Assembly (NCBI GenBank): GCA_018304425.1
Contig: JAGVWE010000003.1
Location: 27,163 to 91,162, forward strand
Direction of reading: 5' to 3'
DNA from: Candidatus Iainarchaeum sp.
GTDB taxonomy: Archaea > Iainarchaeota > Iainarchaeia > Iainarchaeales > UBA10219
Length of the DNA stretch: 64,000 bases
This document shows positions 36,134 to 45,195 of this stretch, piece by piece. Below the pieces are notes generated by a model that saw nothing but the letters and a program-made list of their open reading frames with translations, made no database searches and had not been told where the DNA came from. The stretch's first letter is position 1; each line of letters opens with the position of its first letter. The translations under genes were made by a program, and so were the position numbers.

Positions 36134-37829
36134 GTAGACACGCCTTCACGAACCCCAAAAACAGGGGGTTGGGCTTCAGGGGCCGGGACGTGAACTCGGG
36201 GTGGAACTGCGTGCCCACGAAGAACTTGTGCACGGGCAACTCCATGATTTGCATGATGCGCTTCTGGGGCGCGCGGCCGGAGAACACCAGGCCCTTGGCG
36301 GTCAACTGGTCGATGTACTGGGTGTTGACGTTGAAGCGGTGGCGGAAGCGTTCCCGGATTTTCGCGGCGCCATACAGCTTGTAGGCCAGCGTGCCTTTTT
36401 CCACGAGGACGTCGTAGCCGCCCAGCCGCATGGTGCCTCCAAGGCCTTCAATATCTTCCTGCTCGGGGAGGATGCAGATGACGGGATGCGGGGTCCTCGG
36501 GTTCACCTCCGTGGTGTTTGCGTCCTTCAAGCCACAGGCATTGCGCGCGAACTCAATCGTTGCCAACTGCATGCCATAGCAGAGGCCGAGATAGGGGATG
36601 CCGTGGGTGCGCGCGTAGCCGATGCAGGAAATCTTTCCCTCCACGCCGCGCGAGCCGAAGCCGCCGGGGACGATGAGGCCGTCAACGCCGGCCATGGCTT
36701 CTTCAACGGAACGCTTGCCCTTCTCGAGGTCGGTTGTTTCAATCCACTTCACGTTGACCTTGGACTGGGTCACGGCCGCGCAGTGTTCGAGCGCTTTCAG
36801 GATGCTGATATAAGAGTCGAAGAGACCGGTGTACTTTCCGGCGATGCCCACGGTCACGGCTTTCACGGGCTTTTCGACGACGTTGGCCTTGGTCCACTGC
36901 TCGAGGGCTTTCTGCTGGCCGTCAAGCTTGAACTTCTGGTCCCAGCCGAAGTGGACCAGGATGGCGGTGTCGACTCCCAGGTTGCGGAGGAACAGGGGCA
37001 GGCTGTAAATGTTGTCCACGTTGTGCATGCCGAACACGCGGTTCATGGGCACGTTGCAGTTGAGGCTTATTTTCTCGGTCACCTTCTGGGTGATGGGGTG
37101 CTCGGAGCGGCAGATGACCACGTCGGGTTGAAGGCCCAGCTCCAGCATTTTCTTGATGCCGAGCTGTGCGGCCTTGGTCTTGAACTCGCCGACCGAACTG
37201 GGTTCCAGGATGTAGGTGAGGTTGACCAGGCAAACGTTTTCCGCGCCCTCCTCATAGCGGAGCTGCCGCATGGCCTCCATGATGTGGAGGTTCTCGTAGT
37301 CTCCCACCGTGCCGCCGACCTCGATGAGGAGCATGTCCGCCTTAGACTTCACGGCGAGGTTGCGGAGGACGTTTTTGACTTCGCCGGTCACGTGGGGGAC
37401 GAACTGCACGTCCCTTCCAAGATATTTTCCTTCGCGTTCCTTTTGGATGATGGACTGGTAGATGCGGCCGGATGTTACGAAGCTGTCCTTGTTGACGGTC
37501 AAGTCGAGGAACCGCTCGTAGCTGCCCAGGTCCATGTCGGTTTCCGTGCCGTCGTCCAAGACGAAGACTTCGCCGTGCCGGTAGGGGTTGAGGGTTCCCG
37601 CGTCCACGTTGAGGTAGGCCTCCATCTTGATGGGCACGACCCTGAGCTTGCGGTTGATGAGGCACTTGCCGAGCGCCGAGGTAAACGTTCCCTTGCCGAT
37701 GCCGGAGATGACCGAACCCGTTACAACCAGGTACTTGGTCTTGCCGGGCTTGTAGCCATCCGGGATGACGGAATAGAATTCCTCCGAGGAATGGGAGGCA
37801 ATCTCGTCAAACACTTTCCTGGTATCCAA
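36129..37829 (-). CDS. pyrG: CTP synthase PyrG
   Basis: Synthetase domain (VTGSVISGIGKGTFTSALG) plus a C-terminal class-I glutamine amidotransferase domain; 566 aa. Confidence 0.92.
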   Translation of the reverse strand: MDTRKVFDEIASHSSEEFYSVIPDGYKPGKTKYLVVTGSVISGIGKGTFTSALGKCLINRKLRVVPIKMEAYLNVDAGTLNPYRHGEVFVLDDGTETDMDLGSYERFLDLTVNKDSFVTSGRIYQSIIQKEREGKYLGRDVQFVPHVTGEVKNVLRNLAVKSKADMLLIEVGGTVGDYENLHIMEAMRQLRYEEGAENVCLVNLTYILEPSSVGEFKTKAAQLGIKKMLELGLQPDVVICRSEHPITQKVTEKISLNCNVPMNRVFGMHNVDNIYSLPLFLRNLGVDTAILVHFGWDQKFKLDGQQKALEQWTKANVVEKPVKAVTVGIAGKYTGLFDSYISILKALEHCAAVTQSKVNVKWIETTDLEKGKRSVEEAMAGVDGLIVPGGFGSRGVEGKISCIGYARTHGIPYLGLCYGMQLATIEFARNACGLKDANTTEVNPRTPHPVICILPEQEDIEGLGGTMRLGGYDVLVEKGTLAYKLYGAAKIRERFRHRFNVNTQYIDQLTAKGLVFSGRAPQKRIMQIMELPVHKFFVGTQFHPEFTSRPLKPNPLFLGFVKACLQ

Positions 37830-38164
37830 TCAAACCCCTACTTGAGATTATTTAACAAAAACAGACTAATTTATTGGCGCAACGGTTATTTAAACCTTTT
37901 TACAAACCCCGTTTGCGAAAAAAAGGCGAGAAAAGGCCCTAATTTGGGAAAAGCGTTCCACTGAAAAAACGATTTTACTTCGACTTTTTCCCATAATAGA
38001 TGACGCGATTAGAGTTTAAATACCTAACGGGCGCCAATCCTCTTTCCACGACAGACGGCGACTATTGAAGGACTACCGCCCCATCGAACCCTGCGGGTGA
38101 GATGGGGCACGTCCGCGATGTCAACCCCCATGGGGGCCTAATCGGCTGGCGCCTCGTCAGTTGT

Positions 38165-38237
38165 GGGGGTGTAGTCTAGCCTGGCAGGATTCGAGGTTCG
38201 GGACCTCGCGGCAGGAGTTCAAATCTCCTCACCCCCA
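38165..38237 (+). tRNA. tRNA-Pro (anticodon CGG)
   Basis: Cloverleaf fits: acceptor GGGGGTG/CACCCCC, D-arm AGCCTGGCA, anticodon stem CGAGG/CCTCG with loop TTCGGGA, T-arm AGGAG-TTCAAAT-CTCCT. CCA not encoded. TTTTTTT immediately 3'. Confidence 0.85.
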
Positions 38238-38242
38238 TTTTT

Positions 38243-39022
38243 TTATTGCAGGTCACGGATTTTCCCGAAGTAGTACGGCTGGTCCTCGATGACCCACACC
38301 TTGAAGTCGCCCAGCGGCTGTTTGAGGAACGGCGAAATCACTTTTTCCTTCAAGATGTTGGTGCCGATGGTGACCGCGTTGTGCGACGGGATGACGATGA
38401 GCTCTTTGCCCTTGAATTTCCCGTGCAGGAAGCACTTGAACAACTCGGCTTTCACGCCCTCGCGGATGGAAATCGCTGGATGCTCGTTGCCGATGACGAT
38501 TACTTTCGCTTTCCGGAATTCCTCGTTGTCGGGGACGAAAGCACCATGCGTGACATAGGTGCTGGTGGCAGGCAGGAAGAGGCCTTCCTCCAATACCTTC
38601 AAGCCCTTGAACCGGGCGATGGGGCCGAGAATCGTGTCATGGTTGCCCTTGACGAGCACGATTTCCCGGCAGTGCTGCTGCAGGAAGTCCAGCATGCCCA
38701 AAACCTCCTTCCACTCCTGCTCGGAGATGCCGCCGAACTCGTGCTTCAGGTCGCCATTGACGACAATCCGCTCGATTCCCTTGCCCTCGGCGGCAAGCGC
38801 CAGGAAGGCGAGGCCCAGCCGGCCGACGATGTCATGGAAGTTGAAGCGCGGAATCAGCACCCCCTCCCGGTTCAGCATCTCCTCATACCCGAGGTGCAAA
38901 TCGGAGACGACGAAGGCCTTCTCCCGGACGAGGTAGAGGCCCAACCCGTAAATCTCGCAGCCGGGCAACACCTCTTTTTGGGACATGCGACCCGATTCCT
39001 TCTTCGCCGCTTTTTTCGCCAT
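38243..39022 (-). CDS. Calcineurin-like metallophosphoesterase (MPE, partner of Lhr)
   Basis: MPE motifs (DLHLG, GDL, GNHD); its ATG is 2 nt after the stop of the upstream helicase gene. Confidence 0.78.
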   Translation of the reverse strand: MAKKAAKKESGRMSQKEVLPGCEIYGLGLYLVREKAFVVSDLHLGYEEMLNREGVLIPRFNFHDIVGRLGLAFLALAAEGKGIERIVVNGDLKHEFGGISEQEWKEVLGMLDFLQQHCREIVLVKGNHDTILGPIARFKGLKVLEEGLFLPATSTYVTHGAFVPDNEEFRKAKVIVIGNEHPAISIREGVKAELFKCFLHGKFKGKELIVIPSHNAVTIGTNILKEKVISPFLKQPLGDFKVWVIEDQPYYFGKIRDLQ

Positions 39023-39024
39023 GG

Positions 39025-41631
39025 CTACACGACCTTCTGCTTCTCCGCGATGCGCTGCATGACGCGCTCGTGAATCCGGCGGATGAACGCCAGCCTATCC
39101 TCCATCTTCATGACATCCCCGTAGCCCTGCAGCAACAAGTTGAAGGCAAAAGGCGAGGGCAGGGGCGTCGCGATTTTCCGCACCTTCACCTGCCCGCTTT
39201 CCAGCCACTGGACTACTTTTGCCGCGGAATCGATGTCCATGAGGTCCTCCAAGACTTCCCGCCTGGCCTCGCGGAGGATGCAGAAGTCGCGGGAAATGCG
39301 CCGGACCGCGCTGATGAGCAGCCTCGAACTCATCTGCTGCCGGCCCGCGCTCTTGGTCTTTCCGCGGTAGCTGCGCAGAATCATCAGGGCGCGCGTGGCG
39401 CAATGCCTAAACCTCCGGCTCAGCACTTCCGTGCGGTCCAGGGCCATTTCCAGGAGCATGCGCAGGTCCGGGCTCTTGACTATCCGTAAGGCGGTGTCAA
39501 TGGGCAGCTTCCCCTCCGAGGTAATCACGAAGCCGTTGTCGCCCATGCTCAACTCCACGTCCTTGTGCGTGAGCCGGGAGAGGGCATAGGCATATGCTTT
39601 GCTCAGGGCGTCGTTCGTCCTCCTCCCGAACAGGGAGTGGAAAATCAAATGAGTCAACTCGCCCTCGCAGTAGGCTTCAATCACCAGTTTCTTGTCGTGG
39701 GGGATTTCCGCGAACAAGAACTGCTCGTGGAAGTACTCGTAGATGGCGTTCGCGGAATTCTCGTCCACGTACAGGTATTCGTGCAGCCACTCGATGACCT
39801 CCGTCTTGGGCTTCCGGTAGACAAACTTTTCCTCCATGAGGCGCCGGAACCGCTGGATTTCCAGGGCCAGGTCGAAGGACAAGGGCAGCATCTCGCTCGC
39901 CCAGCTGGGAACCGTGGGAGGCCTTTTCTCGGCCGACCGCACCTGGATGGTCATGCCCCGGGAAAAGTTGAAGACATAGCTTTCCCCGCCCAAGACGAAG
40001 ACGTCGTTCTTTTTGAGGCGCTCCAAGAACATTTCGTCGATGGTGCCGATGGTCTGCTCGCCGAGCTTGACCTTTATTTTGGCCTCGTCCGGGATGGTGC
40101 CGACATTGGTCATGTAAATGATGCGCGCCATCTTGCCGCGCTTGCCAATCCACCCCGTTTCCCGGTCAAACCATATCTTGGCGTAGACATAGCGCAGCTC
40201 CAGGGAAGTGTACTCCCCGGCCAGATAGTCTATGACCTCGAAGAAATCGGTTCGCTTGAGGGAATGATAGGGAAAGGCACGCGTGACCAACCGGAACAGG
40301 TCCTCGACCTGGATCTTGTCCTCAATGGCTATTCCGAAAATGTGCTGGGCCAGCACATCCAGGCAGTTCAGGGGCACCTGGATCTTGTCAATCTTTTTCT
40401 CGAGCGCGTTCTTCAACAGGACCGCGCATTCCACGAGGTCATCGCGGTCGAGGACAATGATTCGGCCTTTCACCTGGTCATGGAGCTTGTGCCCGGACCG
40501 GCCCATGCGCTGGATGGCCCGCGCCACGCTCTTCGGGCTGCCCAGGAGGATTACCAGGTCGATGAAGCCGATGTCGATGCCCAGTTCGAGACTCGTGCTG
40601 CACACCACGCACTTGAGCTTGCCTTGCTTGAGCCGGTTCTCGATGTTCAGCCGGTGCTCGCGGCTCAGGCTGCTGTGGTGCGCGCCAATGTTCCCGGACA
40701 AATACTTTTTGGGGAACTTTTCCTTCAGGTGGTGCACGACCCGCTCCGTGGCCGAACGCGTGTTGGTGAACACCAGGGTGGTCTGGTGGCCCTGGATAAG
40801 CTTGTCCAGGGTGTCGTAGAGGGCGCGATGCACCTGTTCCGGCGTAACGTCAATGAAGTTGGGCAACGGAGAGAGGACTTTCAAGTCCATTTTCTTGAGG
40901 AACGAGACATCCACGATTTTGCAGGGGCGTTGGACGCGCTCGCTTTCGTAGCCCACCAGGTACTCGGCGACCAGCTCCAGCGGGGCCACGGTGGCACTCA
41001 AGCCGATGCGCGTCATTTCCGGGGCCAGCCGCTGCAGGCGCTCCAGGCTCAGGGCCAGGTGCACGCCGCGCTTGTTGCTGGCCAGGGCATGGATTTCGTC
41101 GACAATGCACCATTTGACTCCCCGGAGGTTTTCCCGGAACTTGGGCGCGTTCAAGAGGATGGCAATGGTTTCAGGCGTGGTGATCAGAATGTGGGGCGGT
41201 TTGCGCAGCATTTTTGCGCGCTCGGAAGTGGTCGTGTCGCCGGTTCTAACCGCCACGCGGATGCCCAGTTTCCGTTCCTTCTTCCCTTGAACGGCGGCAA
41301 TCTCTTCCAGGGGCTCCAGGAGGTTGCGCTGGATGTCGTTGTTCAGCGCGCGCAGCGGCGAGACGTAAACGCAGTAGACCTTGTCCTCGAGCTGGTTGCC
41401 CTGGGAGAGGTTCAACAGCTCGGAGATGACCGCGGTGAACGCGGAAAGGGTCTTGCCGGTGCCGGTCTCCGCGCTGACCAGGGTGTTCAACCGGGCATGG
41501 ATGTTGAGAATGGAATAGCGCTGGGGCTCGGTGAAGCTGCCGAACTTCTGCCTGAACCACGCCGAAAGCAAGGGGTTCAGGTTGCGGTGGATTTCTTCGT
41601 CCGAGTACTTCTCGGTCTGGCGTTCAATCAT
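39025..41631 (-). CDS. lhr: Lhr-type large superfamily-2 helicase (DEAH)
   Basis: Walker A (AETGTGKT), DEIH box and helicase C domain. ATG at 41631 (MIERQTEKYSDEEIH); the track's upstream extension lacks homology. Confidence 0.82.
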   Translation of the reverse strand: MIERQTEKYSDEEIHRNLNPLLSAWFRQKFGSFTEPQRYSILNIHARLNTLVSAETGTGKTLSAFTAVISELLNLSQGNQLEDKVYCVYVSPLRALNNDIQRNLLEPLEEIAAVQGKKERKLGIRVAVRTGDTTTSERAKMLRKPPHILITTPETIAILLNAPKFRENLRGVKWCIVDEIHALASNKRGVHLALSLERLQRLAPEMTRIGLSATVAPLELVAEYLVGYESERVQRPCKIVDVSFLKKMDLKVLSPLPNFIDVTPEQVHRALYDTLDKLIQGHQTTLVFTNTRSATERVVHHLKEKFPKKYLSGNIGAHHSSLSREHRLNIENRLKQGKLKCVVCSTSLELGIDIGFIDLVILLGSPKSVARAIQRMGRSGHKLHDQVKGRIIVLDRDDLVECAVLLKNALEKKIDKIQVPLNCLDVLAQHIFGIAIEDKIQVEDLFRLVTRAFPYHSLKRTDFFEVIDYLAGEYTSLELRYVYAKIWFDRETGWIGKRGKMARIIYMTNVGTIPDEAKIKVKLGEQTIGTIDEMFLERLKKNDVFVLGGESYVFNFSRGMTIQVRSAEKRPPTVPSWASEMLPLSFDLALEIQRFRRLMEEKFVYRKPKTEVIEWLHEYLYVDENSANAIYEYFHEQFLFAEIPHDKKLVIEAYCEGELTHLIFHSLFGRRTNDALSKAYAYALSRLTHKDVELSMGDNGFVITSEGKLPIDTALRIVKSPDLRMLLEMALDRTEVLSRRFRHCATRALMILRSYRGKTKSAGRQQMSSRLLISAVRRISRDFCILREARREVLEDLMDIDSAAKVVQWLESGQVKVRKIATPLPSPFAFNLLLQGYGDVMKMEDRLAFIRRIHERVMQRIAEKQKVV

Positions 41632-41704
41632 GGCGGGCCCCAGGAAAAGAGTCGAGCAAGGAATTGCGTCGGAATAGGAATAAAATACCTTGGCTCCCCC
41701 ACTT

Positions 41705-42076
41705 ATGCAAATGAAAGCGCCTTCCTTGCTTGCCCTGCTCCTGCTGACCCTGGTTTTGATTGGGTTGTCCGGCTGCCTTGCATCCGGGCCGCAAAAGTTG
41801 GACAAGGAAAAGCTGCCGCCCCTGCCCAACAACAAAACCGATTGCGAGGCAACGGGCGGAAGCTGGGGGCTGTTCTCCGGGGGCCCGGAGGAATCCTGTT
41901 TCCTGCGTACGACGGACGCCGGCAGGCCGTGCACGAACTCCGACCAGTGCGAGGGCGCGTGCGAAGCGGACCAGGAAGGCGCAACGACCGGCGCATGCAC
42001 CAAGAGGAGGCCCGTGATGGGCGGCTGCCACGCTTTCGTGGAAAACGGCCCGGCTCGCACGGTATGCATTAATTGA
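41705..42076 (+). CDS. Small Cys-rich secreted lipoprotein
   Basis: Signal peptide plus lipobox (LIGLSGC) and 10 Cys in 123 aa; GGAATAAAATA ~20 nt upstream. Confidence 0.45.
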   Translation: MQMKAPSLLALLLLTLVLIGLSGCLASGPQKLDKEKLPPLPNNKTDCEATGGSWGLFSGGPEESCFLRTTDAGRPCTNSDQCEGACEADQEGATTGACTKRRPVMGGCHAFVENGPARTVCIN

Positions 42077-42119
42077 AGGCCCACGCACACCGCTTTTAAA
42101 CCCTTTACAACCCCATTCC

Positions 42120-43274
42120 TTGGATTGCATGGAGCGCGTCTACTTCAAGGACAAGGAAATCGTTTTGGTGGGCACGGCGCACATCAGCCAGGCCAGCATC
42201 GACCAGGTCAAGAAGGCCATCGAGGAAGAGAAGCCGGACTGTGTGGGCGTGGAGTTGGACGCACAGCGGTTCGAACAGCTCCAGCAGGGCAGCCGCTGGC
42301 GGGAAATGGATTTGGTGAAGGTCATCCGGGAAGGCAAGGGCTACTTATTTTTGTTGAACATCTTGTTGGCGAACATCCAGCGGCAGCTCGGCGACCAAGT
42401 GGGGGTCAAGCCCGGCGAGGAAATGCTGGCAGCCGTGAACGCGGCCAGGGAAAAGAACATCCCGGTGGCGTTGCTGGACCGCGACGTACGCATCACCTTG
42501 AAGCGCGCCATGGCCCGGATGTCCGCCCTCGAAAAATTCAAGTTATTGTATGCGGTGTTGCTGGCCTTGTTCGAGATGCACGAGCCCCTCACCAAGGAAA
42601 AGGTCGAGGAGCTCAAGCAACAGGACACCCTGAACGCGTTGCTCAAAGAACTCGGGCGGGAGGCTCCCGGTGTCAAGCAGGTGCTGGTCGATGAAAGAGA
42701 CCAGTTCATTGCCAACAAGATTCTGGCGGCGAACGGCAAGAAGATTGTCGCGGTCGTGGGAGCCGGGCACATCGAGGGCATCCAAAAGCACTTGGCGCAC
42801 CAGATGCCGATTGCGCACTTGAACCTCGAGCCCACCAAGAACGTGTGGATGGAGTTCCTCAAATTCGTGGTGCCCGTGGTATTCATTGCTTTGCTGGCCT
42901 ATGGCCTGGTGAACAAGGGGTTTTCCACGGGCCTCGAAATGATTGGATGGTGGATTGCCATCACGGGCGGCTTGTCCGCCTTGGGCGTGCTGGTGGCGCG
43001 GGGGCATCCCTTCGCCATTGCCACGGCTTTCCTGGCCGCGCCCCTCACGACCTTACACCCCGCGCTGGCGGCCGGCTGGTTTGCCGGCCTCGTGGAAGCC
43101 AAGATCCGCATTCCCCTGGTGAAGGACTTTGAGGGGTTGAACAAGCTGAACAGCCTCTCGGACTTGAACAACAACCGCGTGACTCACATCCTGATGGTTA
43201 CTGCCCTGGCCAACCTGGGGGCCACGATGGGCACGCTTATTGCGTTCCCCTATCTCTTGAGCCTGCTGGGCTGA
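42120..43274 (+). CDS. TraB/PrgY (TIKI/TraB) family protein with C-terminal TM segments
   Basis: N-terminal TraB-like motif (GTAHISQASIDQV...VGVELD); C-terminal multi-TM region. Confidence 0.65.
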   Translation: MDCMERVYFKDKEIVLVGTAHISQASIDQVKKAIEEEKPDCVGVELDAQRFEQLQQGSRWREMDLVKVIREGKGYLFLLNILLANIQRQLGDQVGVKPGEEMLAAVNAAREKNIPVALLDRDVRITLKRAMARMSALEKFKLLYAVLLALFEMHEPLTKEKVEELKQQDTLNALLKELGREAPGVKQVLVDERDQFIANKILAANGKKIVAVVGAGHIEGIQKHLAHQMPIAHLNLEPTKNVWMEFLKFVVPVVFIALLAYGLVNKGFSTGLEMIGWWIAITGGLSALGVLVARGHPFAIATAFLAAPLTTLHPALAAGWFAGLVEAKIRIPLVKDFEGLNKLNSLSDLNNNRVTHILMVTALANLGATMGTLIAFPYLLSLLG

Positions 43275-43340
43275 TTTTTAAAGCCGCAAGCCAAGGAGAA
43301 ACGAATAAATACTTCGTGCGAGACAATATTAGTGGTTTGA

Positions 43341-43916
43341 ATGAAGTACTGGGCCTTGGTTTCGTTGCTGGTGCTGGCCGTTGTCTTGGCTGGCTGCACC
43401 TCAGGCACGGGCCAAGCCATTAGCGCGCCGCTGCTGCCTGACCGGGAGAACCGCACCTCGGTCTTTGTCATGGAAGACCTTGTCATGTACGGTTTTGGCA
43501 GCAAGAAACTGGAGGTAAACAGCGAGGGCCTCAAGATACTGCCCCAGTATGGAAAGCTGTTGGCCGGCGTCAGAGCCCAGTTCAAAGCAGCCAGGGACGG
43601 GGAAGCCGATACCTCGGGGAAAGCCGATAAGTCGGGTCACAAGTACACGGTGCACTTTTACTGCGACCGCTGCTATCTTGGACTCAACATGGCGTCCGAC
43701 ATTCGGGTCAGAATATACCCGCCATCCGTTAAGAAGGGAGAGAAGGCGACCGGAGAGGCCGGGGTCTGGTCGCTGCCCTACGCAAATCCCTGCGGGGAAA
43801 AAACCAAGATAAGGGCCGTATTGGAATTTGAGGACCTCAATACCAAGAAAATCACGGAACTCGAGTCCAAGGAAGTCGAATTCATTGTCCGGGGCTCGGG
43901 CACCTGCACTAAATAG
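43341..43916 (+). CDS. Putative lipoprotein
   Basis: Signal peptide with lipobox VLAGCTSGTGQA. Confidence 0.55.
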   Translation: MKYWALVSLLVLAVVLAGCTSGTGQAISAPLLPDRENRTSVFVMEDLVMYGFGSKKLEVNSEGLKILPQYGKLLAGVRAQFKAARDGEADTSGKADKSGHKYTVHFYCDRCYLGLNMASDIRVRIYPPSVKKGEKATGEAGVWSLPYANPCGEKTKIRAVLEFEDLNTKKITELESKEVEFIVRGSGTCTK

Positions 43917-43928
43917 GGAGAATGACAA

Positions 43929-44480
43929 ATGCAAAAACCAATCCTCGTTTTAGTTCTTGTTCTCGCCGTTGTCTTGGCGGGTTGCGCTTCTGGCACGGGC
44001 CAAGCCTATAGCGCGGATGATTTGCCAAGCGGAAAGAATGCCGCCGTCCAGTTGAGCGACAAAATCACGGTCAGTTACATTGACACCAAAAACCCCGATT
44101 ACAAGCCCTGGAACCCCGAAAAGTTCAGGGTTGAGGTGCCGGTGGGCGGCAGCCTCCTGAAATACGGGGCCTACAGCGACGTCGACATTGATGCGAAGAT
44201 TGTGGATGATAAACGGATGGACGAAGACCACCAGTACTGGATTCGGTTCAAGGTTGAGGGCTCGGGCATCACGCTGACGAACAGCAAGCCCTTTGAGGAG
44301 TTCCGGGTTAAGAAGTCCGTCCGGGGCACGAACATCAAGGGCAGCGTCTACTCGAATTTGATGGACTGCGGAAAACCCGGCACTATCGTGGTTCAACTCA
44401 TCTTCAGGAACCCGAAGAAAGGCCATGAAGTGGTGCTAAAGGAAATCCGCAGCGGAACCTATTACGGTAGCAACTGCTAG
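43929..44480 (+). CDS. Putative lipoprotein (paralog of the upstream gene)
   Basis: Near-identical signal peptide/lipobox (VLAVVLAGCASGTGQA); 12 nt downstream of its paralog. Confidence 0.55.
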   Translation: MQKPILVLVLVLAVVLAGCASGTGQAYSADDLPSGKNAAVQLSDKITVSYIDTKNPDYKPWNPEKFRVEVPVGGSLLKYGAYSDVDIDAKIVDDKRMDEDHQYWIRFKVEGSGITLTNSKPFEEFRVKKSVRGTNIKGSVYSNLMDCGKPGTIVVQLIFRNPKKGHEVVLKEIRSGTYYGSNC

Positions 44481-44520
44481 AACGCAGGCGCCCTATTCCA
44501 CTCTCGTGCCCGGGCTTTCT

Positions 44521-45195
44521 TCACTCTCTTTCACGGCCTTCTTTGAGGTAGGGCAGCAGCGCGCCCTTGGCTTCGGCTTCCTGGATGAGTTTTTTCGCGA
44601 ACTCCATGCGTTGCAGGCACCCGGCCAGGGCCAAAACCGCGATGAGGCCGAGGGCCAACTGCATGGGCTTGAAGCCCGCAAGGGAGGGGACGAAGGCAGA
44701 TGCCAGGAGGCCCAGCAGGAACACGAGCAGCCGCTCCGCGTGCTCGCCGATGCCTGGCCAGTCGCGGTTGTCGGTTACAATCACCAGGCCTGCGCGGGGC
44801 TTGGCGTAGCTGGCGATGAACGACAGGCCGATGGCCAGCGCGGTCTCGAGGGGAAACCGGGGGGCAAAGGCCGCGTAGAGGAACAGCTCGACAAATTTGT
44901 CCATCAAGGCGTCGAAGTAGTTGCCGAAAGGCGAGCGCTTGTTCAAGAGTTTTGCCACGCTGCCGTCAATCAAGTCCATGGAGGCCGCCAGCACGGCGAA
45001 GAAGAAGGCCAACAGATACCGGCCTTGGAAGACGAAGGCAGCCGCAACTAAGGCGAAGACCACGCCCAACAGCGAAACCTGGTTGGGGGAGATTCCAAGG
45101 GCGGCAAAGGGTTTGGCTAACGCAGTGCAAATCCCGCGCACCCGGTTGCGTGTAGCCTGGCCCAGCATGCCCATCAGCCTTCCTTGTGCCCGCAA
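44521..45195 (-). CDS. CDP-alcohol phosphatidyltransferase family protein
   Basis: Signature DGSVAK...G(NYF)D(ALM)D with multiple TM helices. The start may be the internal ATG at 45174 overlapping the upstream stop. Confidence 0.7.
   Translation of the reverse strand: MRAQGRLMGMLGQATRNRVRGICTALAKPFAALGISPNQVSLLGVVFALVAAAFVFQGRYLLAFFFAVLAASMDLIDGSVAKLLNKRSPFGNYFDALMDKFVELFLYAAFAPRFPLETALAIGLSFIASYAKPRAGLVIVTDNRDWPGIGEHAERLLVFLLGLLASAFVPSLAGFKPMQLALGLIAVLALAGCLQRMEFAKKLIQEAEAKGALLPYLKEGRERE

Noticed and set aside
36201-37964. 587-aa ORF antisense to pyrG; also 39565..42072 antisense to lhr, 29461..30570 antisense to eno, 10994..12220 and 17937..19574
   Set aside because: All lie opposite strong, well-conserved genes. 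They are GC-driven artefacts with low-complexity Arg/Gly/Ala-rich translations.
33370-38051. ORB-like GTGGAAA / TTCCACTG motifs suggesting a replication origin
   Set aside because: Only isolated 7-8-mers at about chance frequency, no clustered repeats, and no orc1/cdc6 gene in the window.
38035-38160. Second tRNA (possibly intron-containing) upstream of tRNA-Pro
   Set aside because: Acceptor-like pairing (GGCGCCA/TGGCGCC) exists, but I could not build a D-arm, anticodon arm or T-loop (no TTCRANY motif). Treated as a structured leader or ncRNA candidate instead.
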